DNA of 56,085 nt from Octopus sinensis (Eukaryota). The stretch covers positions 1-56,085 of the forward strand of contig NW_021833765.1 in NCBI RefSeq assembly GCF_006345805.1, in the 5' to 3' direction. Below the pieces are notes generated by a model. The model saw nothing but the letters and a program-made list of their open reading frames with translations. It did no database searches and was not told the DNA's origin. The position numbers were made by a program, and so were the translations under genes. Shown here piece after piece: positions 40,810 to 54,477 of the stretch (positions are counted from its first letter, which is position 1; every line of letters starts with the position of its first letter).

Positions 40810-43359
40810 TTGTCTTGCCCTAACGCATAACTTCAAAGAGTGGACGATGGGCGCTTTTCTAGAAAATGGTGGGCGATTTGAGATTTTAGTGGGTGACATG
40901 AACATTTTGTGGGTGACAATGTATTTTTAGAAATTAAGTCTGCATTTACTGATATCTAGGCATGCCTAGAACAAGGATGCACTTTTATCGATTTGATTAC
41001 TCGCATGAGACGTCCCTTTATATTAAAAAAGCGGACTTGTTTATCGATAGAATATTTTTGTCGCAGTCATTGGGATGATTGTCATGCGTGCTAAAAATAA
41101 CAGCCAAATAGGCTTAGGCCTTAAATCACACTTCACTACAATTTTTTGTATAATCGTATGAGGGCCCGTGTGTAGAATTCAAATTCACAAGGATTTTCAG
41201 AAAATTCCGAAAAATAAAAAAGTTAGGAGGGGTTATATGTCGTGCGTAATTCTGTGGTTTCATATCAAAGCACAAGTGCTATTTTCAGGATGTTGACAAA
41301 ATGTGCAGTCACGCACAAAATGACAGCTTTGAAATCATATTTCTTGACTGGGTGAAAATGATCAAACTTTAAACCTCTATAACTTTGTAAAAACTTTTTT
41401 TCGGGAAAAAGTTGAATACCTCCAGCAATTTAACTTGGAAAGGTATATTAATGTACCAAATTCTCAAATGTTTGATACACTTTTGAAATGCTGACAGCCA
41501 AACGAACTAGATCCATATTTGCTCCAGTACAGTTGTGTCATCTGACTCTGCTCTACTGACTTCTTCTTCCCTTTGGGATTACCATACTGGCTTTCTGATG
41601 CCGTCTATAAAAATTCTTTTTGACATTTTAACTTTATTGATGCCTCCAGTCAAGGAAACTTGTCGACAGTACAGTAGCGATTATTTATCATTTGGATTTA
41701 TTTCCTCTCCTCAGAACTGTCAGTCACCAATGTGCCTTCTTTGACCAACGAAGCAATGGAGCCTTCATGCTTGAAATATCACTTTGATGCAAAGCATTCT
41801 GACAAGAAAGATAAGCCGTTATCATACATTTTGTAACTGAGCTCTTCTTTCAAAAAGCAGATACAAACATTCAACACGCTACTTCAGGAAACTAGTAATC
41901 AGGAGAATGACGGGTTGATTGCATCGTACAGCAATGCATTGCTTGTTGCTAAGTCTGAGACGTCTCCCACAATTGGAGAAACAATATTTCTCCCCCAGTT
42001 ATCGAAGAGGTCTTGCCGATCGTTATGCACGAAAATATTCTTGACTGTGCGTCTGATGAAGCACCTTCAATGATAGGAAGATACAGAGGTTTATCATGTC
42101 TGCTAAAGCGTGAAATTTCCCACCAGATACTAACTGTTCATTACTTGGCACACCAGCAGTATTTAGTGGCAAAAGAATATGAACATAAGATTGAATGATG
42201 CGCTAGAGTTAGTTATCAAGACTGTGAACAAATTGAAGTCCAGTCTCTTGTCTGATTTAATTTGCCGTCAACTCTGTCTGAGAAATGACGAGGACCATAC
42301 TAAACTCTTATACCATACCGAAGTGCGGTGGCTGTCAAAAGGAAACTGCTTTACACTTTGTTGAACTGTTTTATATATCTTTTTCTTTGAAAATACTCCA
42401 CTATCCGCTTCATTTAAATTGGTGTTGTTTAAGACTAACATTTCAAAACGTCAATTGCATCAATTTTCACAACTTGATTCTTTGAAAGATGAATTGATCG
42501 ATGAGGTTTTAACTACATATCACAACTATTTACAATCATTGCACGATAACATGGTGAAGCGATTTCAAGATGTTATTGCGCTGAATATTCCAAATTGATA
42601 TAGCAATCCGTTTGAGATCGATGCAGTCGATTGCGAGGATGAAATTCAGGAGGAATTTATAGAATTAAAAAATGGCAATGACACTATGTCAAAGAAGGTT
42701 TGTGGTACCATCAGAGTATATCGAATTCCGACCCCAATCTGTGGAAACATCTGAAATTGCTTTTGCTTTCCATCCCTTACCACATACATGGTTGAATCTG
42801 GTTTTAACCATGTTGGAACTTTATTTTCCCATATAAAAATTGGACTGGATGTGATACAATGAAGACACTTGCGGCTAAAGTTGACAAGTTTGAAACCGAA
42901 TGTATCTGCACTAGCTGCATTGCACCAGACCCATGGTTCTCGTTAAAAAAGTTTTATTATTTTCCTTTATAATACAACCATTAATTATTTTTGCATCGGT
43001 AGTTCTGATCACTGGTTCATTTGGGGAAAATTAAAATCAGTGTAAAAGAAAGGCGCAACTTTCCAGAAGTTAATCTGTCTGCATAATATAAGTCAACGCT
43101 AGAATTTTATTTACACTAATGGCAAAACTAAACACCAGTAAAGGATTTGTAAACAACCGCATATTTAGTCCAAACGGCACAAACCGGGCAACAGGTCTAC
43201 GATATAATGTGTGTGTCAAATGATACCGGCAGAGGAGGTCGTAGGGAATTTTGTGTTGGGGTTGTGTCACGGTTTTTTTACACAGGTGGGCGATGGAACA
43301 TGTTTTGGCTGATAGGTGGGCGATATTGCAATTTGGCGCGAAAAGTTTGGGAAACACTA
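40810..43359 (+). mobile_element. hAT (Charlie/Buster-type) transposon, decayed; left boundary approximate
   Basis: NEAMEPS, CASDEAPSMIG, VHYLAHQ, LLYHTEVRWLSKG and VESGF; right TIR aaagtttgggaaacacta at ~43342-43359; gtgggcgat subterminal repeats at both ends. Confidence 0.8.
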
Positions 43360-43479
43360 ACGTTTGTTGTCCTCTTTAATAATTATATATCTATAGGTGA
43401 TATAAAAAAACTTAAGTTCAATTATATCACAATACATCACAACCTTGAACAAACGTTTTAACCACCTAATAAATACTAC

Positions 43480-44926
43480 TATAACGGTGGGTCACCAATT
43501 TATAACGGCCTTGACTTGGAATAGATAATACATATATCAGTGTCTTGAGTAGGAATCTATGGTGATAAACCCGTCACTTATAACTTAATTATAAGCATTT
43601 ATCACGATACATAAATCTTAACTCAGGCTGCGTCTAATCTCTGATTGAGAGGTTTCCCGACATTTTTTGTTTAGAAAATCAAATGAGCATGGTTTAATAC
43701 AACGATAAGATTTGTCACCGAATTTTGAATGGTACCAGAATATAGCGTTTCTTCTGGGACTTTTCGATCGTCCACGCCATCTTGTATTATTTGTTATGAG
43801 AACGCTTATCTCTTCAACGTTGAAGACTTTTAATTTTGTCTGTTAATTTTAATTGCTTTTCATAAGTTTTTTTCTTCTGTAATTCTGAAGAAATAGTTGG
43901 TAAGGCATTAACAGACTCTCTAGATGATAATTTCAATATACCATCTGCCAAATTTGCTAATTGTTTGAGAGAGTTTTTCACTTTCACTGCTGAAAGTAGA
44001 GTTTGAGTGCTATGAGGCAACTTGCCAAAGAAAACTTCTTTAAGATAAAATTCTTCTATCTGTTGATTTCCGAGAAGTTCTTTCATTCTTCGAAGAAGTT
44101 TAGTAGGTTTTCTGTCACCTAGTTGTTGGTTATTGAAGAATTTAGCGAATTCTTTTTGCTTGGAGTTGGAAGTCCTCTTTGGTATCTCTTCCTTTACGGA
44201 GGAATACGAAAATGGTTCGTTAGGATCTATTAATAAGTCTCTAATTTCATTGCTGAGAGGTGGTGGTAAGTTGCTTAACATAATGTTATACTTTTGTGCG
44301 TCTGTTGTTATTTTGTTTGCTGCAAAACTTGCTTCTAATTGAGCAAACCAGATAATGGTGTCACCTTCCAAGGGGGAGGCAAAACTGTCACAGACGCTTG
44401 CATATATCCTCTATCGAAATAAGACACTTCAAACACTTTAATAGTTTCTTCCATTCGAAGAAAACTTTTCACTTAGTGAAATAATGCTTTGAACAGCTAC
44501 GAAGTATAAATTTAACTTGCTAGAAAGTGCAGTTAAACCTTTTTAAGACTATTATTCTTTTATTTCTTCAGCGTTCTTCATCCTTCAACCTTTAATATCA
44601 AATATTTCCGTTAATGAAATGTTGTATAATGAAAAGGTCAAATATATTCTATATAAAATTATATATATTTTTCACAAGTGTCACCAATTTATAACGGTTT
44701 TGACTTGGAAGAAATAATAAATATATCAGTGTCTTGAGTAGGCATCTATGGTGATAAACCCGTCACTTATAACTTAATTATAAGCATTTATCACCATACA
44801 TAAATCTTAACTCAGGCTGCGTAAACGCTGTGGTGAATTATACACACCGACGCTGAACGTGCATGTATGTTGAAGATAATAAAGTTTGCTCTTTTTCACT
44901 GCTATAATAACAGTTTCATAGTTACA
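43480..44926 (-). mobile_element. Gypsy-type LTR retrotransposon remnant: LTR-PBS-gag fragment-partial LTR
   Basis: ORF 43814-44371 has WFAQLEASF..IRDLL..LGDRKPTKLLRRM. The LTR is 44690-44926 (minus strand TGTAAC...GTTATA), followed by PBS TGGTGAC. A direct-repeat copy lies at 43501-43633. Confidence 0.85.
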
Positions 44927-47900
44927 GAATAAACTTCCTCAACAGGTTGAAGAAAATGAAGAAAAAGAAATGATTTACTAAATTAGTTTATTTACGCACA
45001 TTTAATATTTACAGTGCATTTCTAAAAGTCAAAAGAAGATTGTCGTAGAGAGTTACGACATAAAATTTATATTAACTAATTCTTCCGTAACTAAGCTACA
45101 AGAGTTTTAAACAACAATTCAAAATAGCCTTGTTGAATTAGATAAAAGACTTGATATGGCAATAGCCAATATCTCAAGAGAGTGAGTGTCTTGGAATTGA
45201 GTGAGAACCAACGAACACTGATTAATTTCCCCCAAATCAGGGTTTTTATAACTGCTCATACCTGAATTCTAACGAGCCGTATTTCGTGAAAGTTAGAATT
45301 CAAATATAGGCAGTAATTTTAACCAATGGGAAACTAACAATCATACCTATTCGGCCAACATGACCACAACATCAGATTACCGCCGATAAATGTTTATGAC
45401 TTGCTACACTACACAACGTTACCCCTACCGTATGTCATTCTCTTTCCCCATTTTCTTTCTTATTTTTCTCTCGATCTCTGTTTCTCTCTCCCTCCCTGTC
45501 TTTCACCATGTTTTTCTCTCGCTCTTCACCTTACACACTTTTTCCCTCTACTTCTTCTTTCTCCCTCATTCTCTCTTGCTCTTTGCCTTTTCCTTCAACT
45601 CATCTCCTGACAGTGTTACAGACGCACTAAGTAAATAACTGACGGAGGAAGAAGCAGAATTATTATTAGATGCTCATTACAGCCTTAACAAATAATCTAT
45701 GTTCTAGGTGGTTATTTCCAATTAAATGGCTTGCATCATTACATTAATCACTTTAAACTTCCAGTTTTGATCGAATATTCCAATACTAAATTGGATCGAT
45801 TAATTCGATCAGATCTATTTCTCAACAAATTTGGAAAAGTTTGACCAACCGCTCGTATGTCTCAAGATGTTGAATAGCAAAGTCAATGTTCTATTTCATA
45901 GGTTAGATATTTTCATCATTCATAATTTGAGCGCGAATTGAATGAAATCTTTTGACCATCGAATAGAATATTTTGCAGTATTTGTTCTGACACTCGGCAA
46001 CCTAACTTCAAATCTCACCGGGGTCAACCTTACCTCATACATTTCCGAGATCAATATAGAACCATAACAAAAGAATAAATTAATGCAATTATAAGGACGT
46101 CGCAATAAAACACCTTGCAGTATTTTGTCCAGTTGCTTGTCATTTGAGTTAAAATCGCACACGTTTTATTTTTCCGATTTTAGAGAAAGGATCTGACAGA
46201 TTCTATAAGCCCTGCCAGATCTCCAATACGGGTGAGATAGATACCATTAATACTCCACTTAAGCTGCTGCAGGTCAACATTTGCAGGAATGATGGAGAGG
46301 GTTACTGCCAAGGAGATGAAGTATTTAGCATAGGGGTTAGTACTGGAGACGTAATGAGGTTTAAGGGCGAGGAGCAAAGGCATAGACGACTGAGTCTGTA
46401 GTATCTGATTGTTGCGGACAAAAGGTTATTCAGGTCCTAAAAGAAGAGTCCATAATATAACAGCGGCAGATAAGATGCGCAGAGAGAAGATATCCCGTCT
46501 GTAAAAGAGATATTTGAGCGTATCTAAGGATCTATTTGAGCGTATCTAAGGATAGAGTACCATATAGCCACGTTGACCTTCTGTAGATGTAATCCCAGAT
46601 GTCTATGCGTAACGCCGTCCTACATGTAGAAAGACTTCTTTATTGTGGGCATCATGTGAGCATTGTAAACGGTTAGCAGTAGTTTTGGACTGAGATGTCT
46701 TTTGGCTAAAGATCCTTGTAGCTAATAATGCCCAGCATGTTCAATGACAAGTGAGCCAAGGCTAACGTTTCAAGTAACACTGAGAGGAACACTTGGCTAA
46801 TTGTCAGTCCTTTACTAATGGCCGTATTTCAACACCAGGCCCACGGATATTATTTATCCTTTCTCTGTCTCTAATGTCTTTATTATAATGGCCTCTTTGA
46901 ATAGTAATCTTAAACCACATCTCGGTTGAAATCCACCACCTGGTACTTTGAGTGCCTTTACTTAAGTCCATATTATCTTAAACATTCTGATCAGGTCTTG
47001 AGTAAAAAAAATATTATCTTTTCTCCTGACTAGATTCGGCCTCTTGAAGGGTGCCTTTCCTCCTAATCAAAAGTAGATATGACATTTTTATAGCTGTCAC
47101 AATTCAAAGATTTGTATATTATTGGTGTATAAATAAGTTGAACTTTATTCAAGACAATAGTTTGGAAATCTTGCCAGGCCAACGAAATAACTGGAGATGA
47201 ACTGGGAGTCTTTTGACACACAGAATCCGAAAAGGACCTCGATTTAATATGATCATGTCAGGATTTTAAGATATTACATCCACAGAATTTCTTTGTTTTG
47301 TTTTGAGTTTTTTCCATAAAAAACCTTATGAGGAACGTACTTAATATACATGGAAATTGTATTGTCGTCAAAACTAGAAGGATTTTTTGAAATTCTACTG
47401 AAAAACTAGCAAATATCTCTAAATCTCTACAGACAATTCACGCCATTATTCATGCCTTATATTTCATGAGTTTGCGTTTGGATGATTGTCATTAGTGCTG
47501 AACCTCAAAAACCCGCCACCATATGCAATTCTAATCTGCCTTGATAAGAAGTGGAATTTGGATGACTTTTTTCTGGCTGAACTAAAGTCTATTCATTCAA
47601 ATTTAGTGACTCTGGAACTAATGCTCACCGCGGCCATTATTTCATTGCCCGATGGGTACCCCGGATCTTTAACAAAATAATCCATAGGCATTGGTGCTAA
47701 ATTTTACAATATATTTACCTGAAATATGAGGAAAATAGTGAAAATTGTGAGGTTTGGGTATCTTGAAATCTAGACGTAATCCTAAAAGATGGATTCCACA
47801 TTTGAATTCAACAAAATACCAGTTGGGCTGTGCAATCCATGAGGAAGTAATCTTTTACAGTCTCTTGTCCCATTTCAGAGAATTTGGCGTCACCCAATAG

Positions 47901-48299
47901 ATTAAAATTTAAATTATGTTTTGCTTGTTTAAGCTTATCTGAGATAATTTGACTGTACATGTTCCCATCCATGGCATAAAACAGGATTTATGCTTTAATA
48001 GAGAGGTACTCTTCTATAGCTTGTTGTTGCATATGAGGATTTGATTTCAGTTTCTGCTCGGAGTATCGCAAAAACATTGTGTGGTGGAGCATGTTATATG
48101 GCATACATGTTTGAATGTTCAGCTGATGATCATAATATCCCGGGATCAGTTCCTAAAATGAGAGACGTTATTACTTCGATCAAGTCATATACTAAAATAT
48201 ATAAAAGGAGCAAAAACACTGAAGATTCAGTATACACCACGTGGCAAAATTATGAGTTGAAAATATGTGGAAAACTTATATAAAAAGTGGAAGAGAAAT

Positions 48300-50060
48300 G
48301 CCTTGGTTTCACATAAATTAATACATTTTTATATTCAACCGTTTTCGCTATTTAAATTAGCTTTTCAAGGAACACTGTGAAGTAATCAATTCTTGTGACA
48401 AAGGGGTCTTGCCATTGTGGATAATTGAAAAATATGAATGATTTTAGAGAATGGACCAAGGGAGGTAACAACTGGCAAGGGGGACAACTAACACCTCAGT
48501 ATAAATTTTGAAGTGGTCAAGTTTGTAGGTAAGGAGTTATCTGTACTTTTGTAGAACATGTTTTCTTGTTTATCCATTCTTGTAAGGAGATTGAATCTTT
48601 GCACTGGTATAATGGAATGATATGGAAATTTGGAGTTTTATTTCTTGCGCATCTGTCGATATGTTCGGCCAGGGCTATCTGCCTGTATTGAGGAAAACGA
48701 ATCTGTTCTTTATGTAGCGTGACCCTTCGTCTCAAAGTAAGGCTCGTTTGGCCCACATAATTGTGGCCACAACCTGAGCAGATTAGGTCATAGATAAGTT
48801 TCTGGGAAGCACATGTGAAGTTGGTCTTAATTGAGAATATTTCTCCTTGCCGGAATGTGAATTCCGAGACTTCAGTTAGGTATGGGCATGTACCACAATT
48901 AGATCGTCTGCATTTTTGAACTGTTGGCATCGTACGTATTGAGTATAGTTTTGCATTTGTTAGGAATCTCTTGAGTGATTTGTATTGTCTTTTGCGTATG
49001 TGGAGTTTATGTGTAGTTAGGGTGTTGTTTATTTTCGTGTCTTGAATGAGCAGAGGAAGATTTTGTACAATTGTGTTGTATGCTTCATTGTTTCCGGAGT
49101 TGTGGGTTGATATGTATGGGAGTGATTTAAAGTGAGGTGTGGTGTTCTGTTTTGTTGTCCTAAATTTGTTTGTGTCCAATTTCTTGGCACGTTCAATTCC
49201 ATGGTCTATAAGTGCGGGTGGGTATTGTCGTTTAATGAGTGTTATTTTGAGGTCTTGTAGGCGACGTTCCGGAGTGGTTGTGTCAGATACAATTGTACAG
49301 ATCCTTTTAGCTAGATTGGATGGGATATTCCTTTTGGTGTATTTAGGATGGCATGAACTGAAAAGGAGATACTGTTTTGAGCCTGTTGGTTTGTATGAGA
49401 TGTCAGTTGAAATTTGGTTGTTGGATTTTGTTATAATCAAAATGTCCAGAAATAGGAAATATTTCTTGCTATATTCCAATTTAAATAGAATATTGGAGTT
49501 TATATTGTTCAGCGTGGATTTGAAATCCAGGAGGTTTTCATAGGTTTCATTCCAGATGATAAAACAATCGCCTAGGTACCTTTTCCAATTTTCTCTTATA
49601 TACTGGTGGAATGGGGGTCCAAATGTTTGTAGCGAAAGTTCATATAGGTCCTGACCTGCTCAGGTTGTGGCCACAATTATGTGGGCCAAACGAGCCTTAC
49701 TTTGAGACGAAGAGTCACGCTACATAAAGAACAGATTAGTTTTCATCAATGCAAGTGTATAGCCCTGAGCGAACATATCCACAGATGCGCAAGAAATAAA
49801 ACGCCGAATTTCCATATCTTTCCATTATACCAATGCAAAGTTTCTAATCTCCTTACAAGAATGGCTAACTAAGGAAAACCTGTTCATACAAAAGTCCAGG
49901 TTACACCTTAATACACAAACTTGACCATTTCAAAAGTTATACTGAGGAGTTAGTTGTCTCCCTTGCCATTTGAAACCTCCCTTGTTCCACTCTCTAGACT
50001 CATTCTTATTTTTCAAGCCTCTGAATTGGCGAAACCCCCTTGTCACAATGTAATTAGCGA
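48300..50060 (-). mobile_element. Penelope-like element (RT C-part plus GIY-YIG) with an inverted partial copy at its 5' end
   Basis: WKRYLGDCFIIW, CHPKYTKRNIP, CGTCPYL and LIYDLICSGCGHNYVGQT; 49650-50060 (+) is an inverted copy of ~48400-48790. Confidence 0.9.
48331..48375 (-). ncRNA. Degenerate minimal hammerhead ribozyme motif, UUGAAAA core
   Basis: Minus strand GTGTTCC TTGAAAA GCTA-ATTTAAA-TAGC GAAA ACGG TT GAATAT; helix II is intact, helices I and III are damaged. Confidence 0.5.
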
Positions 50061-50379
50061 TTAATCGTTGGAAACCACTACATCCATAAAATATGTATAT
50101 ATGTAAAAAAAAAATTTTATAAACGATATGGCATTCCTTCGATATGACTCGACAAAATCAAAACACTTCAATTCGACTGTTTCCACGAAAAGCTGAAAAG
50201 CACGTGGTCAACTCTCATGAAATTGGAGAAGAAAGGTAATGGGTTGTACGTGCGTGCTTGTTCCTCTGTCTGCGTGTATGTACTTCTTCTTTGTGTGTGT
50301 GTGTTTGTGTGTATGTGCGTGCTTGTTCTTGTCTGTGTGTACGAGCATGCTTGTTTTGTTTGTTTGTTTGTGTGTGTGT

Positions 50380-50414
<35 letters not shown>

Positions 50415-50589
50415 TACGCTTAGGCGTTGGCATGGTTGTGTGATAAGAATTTTGCTTCTGTATTCAGTCCTTCTGCGTGTACTCTGGTCTCAAACCAAAC
50501 AAACCCGTGTATGTTAGTTAATTGGGTTCACGGTAACTGAAGGAAACCCGTCTTATATATAAATTTTCTGAACGAGCTATGTTTAATAA

Positions 50590-51020
50590 AAGTAACTCAT
50601 GTTACCTGAGCAATAATGCAACTGCCCCAGCTTTTCTGACACTTTTGAAATCCGGCCTGGACGTAGTTTTCCATAGGCGAGTCGAGGACCTCTAGATTTC
50701 GACAATGATGTTAAGTTTGCTCTTGATCTCGACCTCTGAGCTGATTTTTCATCTTGAGGAACGGATGCAAGTCAGCAGGTGGTAAATCTGGCGAATAGGG
50801 CTGATGCGGAAGCGATAGCATGTTGTTTTTGGCAAGAAACTTACGATTGAGGTGATAGGTGCATTGTTGTCGTAAAAAATTCAATACTTCCCGAATCACA
50901 GATCCGGTCATTTTCCCCGAACGTCTTCCCTGAAAAACCTCCCAATGTACAATACCGAGGTTGTCGGAAAAAATGATGAGCTTGCTCTTGATTAAGCTGT
51001 GATTTATTCGTGCGCCCATA
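50590..51020 (-). mobile_element. mariner transposase C-terminal fragment
   Basis: LPHQPYSPDLPPADLHPFLKMKNQLRG in ORF 50711-51019. Confidence 0.8.
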
Positions 51021-51021
51021 C

Positions 51022-51068
51022 ACTCGAAACATTACGTACGACCCACTGTCGTACGTAATGTTTCGAGT
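51022..51068. repeat. Perfect 21-bp inverted repeat with a 5-nt spacer
   Basis: actcgaaacattacgtacgac-ccact-gtcgtacgtaatgtttcgagt. Confidence 0.95.
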
Positions 51069-51138
51069 TGTAAGGTACCGAACGAGTGGAATTATATATG
51101 AAAGAAGGTTTCAAAATGCAATGTTAAAAAATGTTTAT

Positions 51139-51183
51139 TTACTTGACCGGTTTCACTTATTTAGAAAGAATTGTCAAAAGTAA
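51139..51183 (-). ncRNA. Minimal hammerhead motif, UUGACAA core, helix II eroded
   Basis: Minus strand TTACTT TTGACAA ttctttctaaataagt GAAA CCGG TC AAGTAA. Confidence 0.6.
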
Positions 51184-51688
51184 CATGTAAATATTACAAT
51201 ACATATATACATTCTTTGATAATAATAAGAACATGTTAAAAACAGTTTACAAGGGAAATCTTGTGAAAATATAAAATAATTTTACAAGTTCATTAAAATA
51301 TTGGGTTCAAAAGATTAAAATACTTATATACATTCTTTGATAATAATAAGAGAATGTTAAAAACAGTTTACAGAAAGAATTATTAAAAAGTTCAGAGGAA
51401 AATTGGTATTGTATCTGTATATATACACACAGAAAATTATAAGTTCAAAAGGTTACATTTTGGTTGTATATAAATGTACAATGAGGGATATATGTTTAGT
51501 TTCAACGGACCTGATTCACCATATTATCGTAAAAGCTTTTACAATAATATGGTGAATCAGGTCAGTTGAAACTAAACATATCTCCCACATTGTACATTTA
51601 TATACTACCTAAATGTTCATATTATTATCAAAGAATATGTATATGTATTGTAGACAACCAGTACCTAACACAACAAAGCTTTTACATG

Positions 51689-51735
51689 TTACTTTTGACA
51701 ATCTTTTTTCTAAAAAACTGAAACCGGTCAAGTAA
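51689..51735 (+). ncRNA. Minimal hammerhead motif, UUGACAA core, helix II eroded
   Basis: TTACTT TTGACAA tcttttttctaaaaaact GAAA CCGG TC AAGTAA; 6-bp helix I; predicted cut after GUC at 51729. Confidence 0.6.
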
Positions 51736-52204
51736 ATAAACATCTTTTAAAATTGCATTTTCAAACCTTCATTCATATATATATATATTCTTTATTCTTT
51801 TATATGTTTTAACCCTGAGGCTGTGTCGATGCTGGGGGCCTACCAGTATAAACACTTTTCGACTGGCCGAGTTTATGGGATTGGCTGGAGTTCGCTACCG
51901 CTGCAGTCTTTTGAGTTTCCTGCCCTGATATTGGTTCACTTGGATAGCAAGAGGTCAAGTTGTATCTTGAAACATCTACATCCACTCCTCAGATCTGTTA
52001 AATATCTGTGAGCACTTGAACTCCAAACTATTGCAGTATATTCTCCTAATATTAAATGAGACTTTTGGAACCGTGCAGTGACGTCCAATTCGAGGTCTGG
52101 TATAATTCTGAATTCCAAAGTTTGATACCAGCTTCCCTAGTAACTTCCACATATATCACTACGTACCTCTCCGGTTTTCGCTCCATGGAGTAGAGTCCTA
52201 ACTC

Positions 52205-52288
<84 letters not shown>

Positions 52289-52767
52289 GTATAATATATA
52301 TATATATTATATATTATATATATATTATATATATATATGAATATATATATAATATTATATAATATACATATGTGTGCGAGTGTGTGTGTGTGACTTAGTC
52401 TCTATGTTTGTACTCCCTACTTCTTCACAACCTATGTTAATGCGTTTAATTCCTCGTCAGTTAGCGATTTCGCATAAGCGGCCGACAGGGTAAGTACCAG
52501 GGTTTAAAAGAATAGTTAGTGGTCTCGATTCGTTCGAGTTACATACTTCAAGGTGATTCTCCTGCTGCAAAGTAATCAACTTACTGAAACAAGTAAAAGA
52601 GGAAAGAGAGGTACATACATACATACAAACATGCAAATATACATACATGCATACATGCAAACATACATGCATACATAAATGCAAACATACATATATACAT
52701 ACATACATACATACATGCAAACATACATGCATACATATATACATGCATGCATGCATACATACATACA

Positions 52768-52801
<34 letters not shown>

Positions 52802-53047
52802 CAAAGCTGATGAGGAATAAGCGAATGGTTTCAACGACATTCTTTATTCCATATCCCTGCAATTGGGTCAACACATCACTCCCGTAGTTCATTGATGAGA
52901 TAATATGGTTAATATCTTGTGTGATCACTGCCATTCATCAAAGGTGGAACATGTGTCTGTGAAATGATAGTATGATCTAACGTAGAACTTATTGAAATAC
53001 TCACATAAAAGCATATTTTACACCTACGATAGATGGTAAGGATTAAG

Positions 53048-53364
53048 CTGAGAGCCCTGTCGGTCATGACTGACCGTGGGATTGCACCTAGAAAGTTACC
53101 CTCCCAGGCACAAGTCGGGGCAAGTTTGTTTATGGAAGACCAGCAGTCACCCATGCATACCGGCCTCCCCTCTCTATTTAAGGGAAAGGCAACGGCTGAT
53201 ACAGCTTGGCACCTGTGACGTCGCAACTCATTTCTACACCTGAGTGAACTGGAGCAACGCGAAATAAAGGGTCTTGTTCAAGAACACAACACACAGCCCG
53301 ATCCGGGATTCGATCTCAAAACCTCACTATTGTAAGCTCCACGCTCTAACCACTGATCCATGCA
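53048..53364 (-). mobile_element. tRNA-derived SINE, same family as 16951-17281
   Basis: The reverse complement aligns along the whole length, apart from one internal deletion. Confidence 0.85.
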
Positions 53365-54260
53365 CTATATATTAATTATATCATCTGAACAATATACTAT
53401 GGTAGTGTTATGGAATATAGAATATCGTTTAATTCATTCTCGCTTATTCACCTCTGTTTAAACACTAAACAGAAAAAGGGAAAAGAAACAATTTTTCCAC
53501 AATAAAAACCGAAATGCAACAGACATAATTCAAAAATCTTTAGTAACAGTCTTCAACGCGGGTTTCGAAATAGCAAATCCAAATCGCCATACAATAACAC
53601 CATATAAACACCAGTTGCTGATGTCACATAAATCATTGAAATTTTACATCTGATCAGAAACGAACTTGAGCAAACACAACAAAGTGACGCTTTAAGAGCA
53701 TCAGCCAACTGGAATGGCTGATGACCGTACCCCACAGGGAAGCCAATCAGGCAGAACCACAACCTTGCCCACCAGAAAAATTAGACGTCACCTGCAATAT
53801 AATGAAGCAAATATCAGATCGGTTCACGGAAATAATTGTAAACACATCCAATTCCAAAAAACGCCGTTACAAGCAAAAGTCCTTGCACACGACGGAAAAT
53901 GATTCACAGGGACTGTGCTCAAAGATTTCCCTTTTTCCACTATCTCCATTACTCCCTTGTTTTTCTCCTTCTTATATCTGTATGGCCGAAACTCTGATGA
54001 TACATATTTCTTATCGATATTTTGAATGTTATGCTTTTAACCAAGACGTTCCACATCTTTTATATTATTGAATGTTATGAGTATTTAAATCATATTTCAT
54101 ATTACTGAAACTTGTAAACATTAAATCAAGTTTTTCTAGTTTATTATTTTAAGTATTGTTGAAACTAATTTGGTATGTATGTAAATAACTTTATTTAAAA
54201 ACAATTCAAATTTAGGTGCATTGTGAACAACAAATTTTTATATAGTTTTGCTCCGCATAT

Positions 54261-54307
<47 letters not shown>

Positions 54308-54477
54308 AAAGTTTGTTTGGTAAAGCACGTGGGTGAATATATAAGAAAATAGTAAAGTGTGAAAAAAGGACAGAAGGCTTAAATGTTAAAAAATATATAT
54401 ATTTGTGTCAAAATGTCTGGAGAATATTGGAAAAATTTTTTTCCTTTCCTTAAAATGACATAATTTTAAAATTTTTA

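Larger units (their letters stand above)
51092..51785. mobile_element. Non-coding fold-back element, probably a PLE terminal-repeat derivative
   Basis: Outer arms 51092-51240 and 51615-51785 are inverted; a spacer-less palindrome at 51490-51581 has 2 mismatches; each outer arm holds a hammerhead-like motif. Confidence 0.65.

Noticed and set aside
46511-46553. 21-bp direct duplication tatttgagcgtatctaaggat
   Set aside because: An ordinary local slippage duplication with no further structure
45600-48250. Candidate second LRR exon or host gene
   Set aside because: No LxxLxLxxN frame with proper splice sites; only faint traces of old LINE C-termini (e.g. SEKDL, PYEER, PWM), too weak to annotate
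52806-52830. CTGATGAGGAATAAGCGAAT as a canonical hammerhead
   Set aside because: GAAT instead of GAAA, only one helix II pair, and no helix I or III
53450-53900. Possible decayed PLE GIY-YIG region
   Set aside because: Motifs are too fragmentary across frames to support a call
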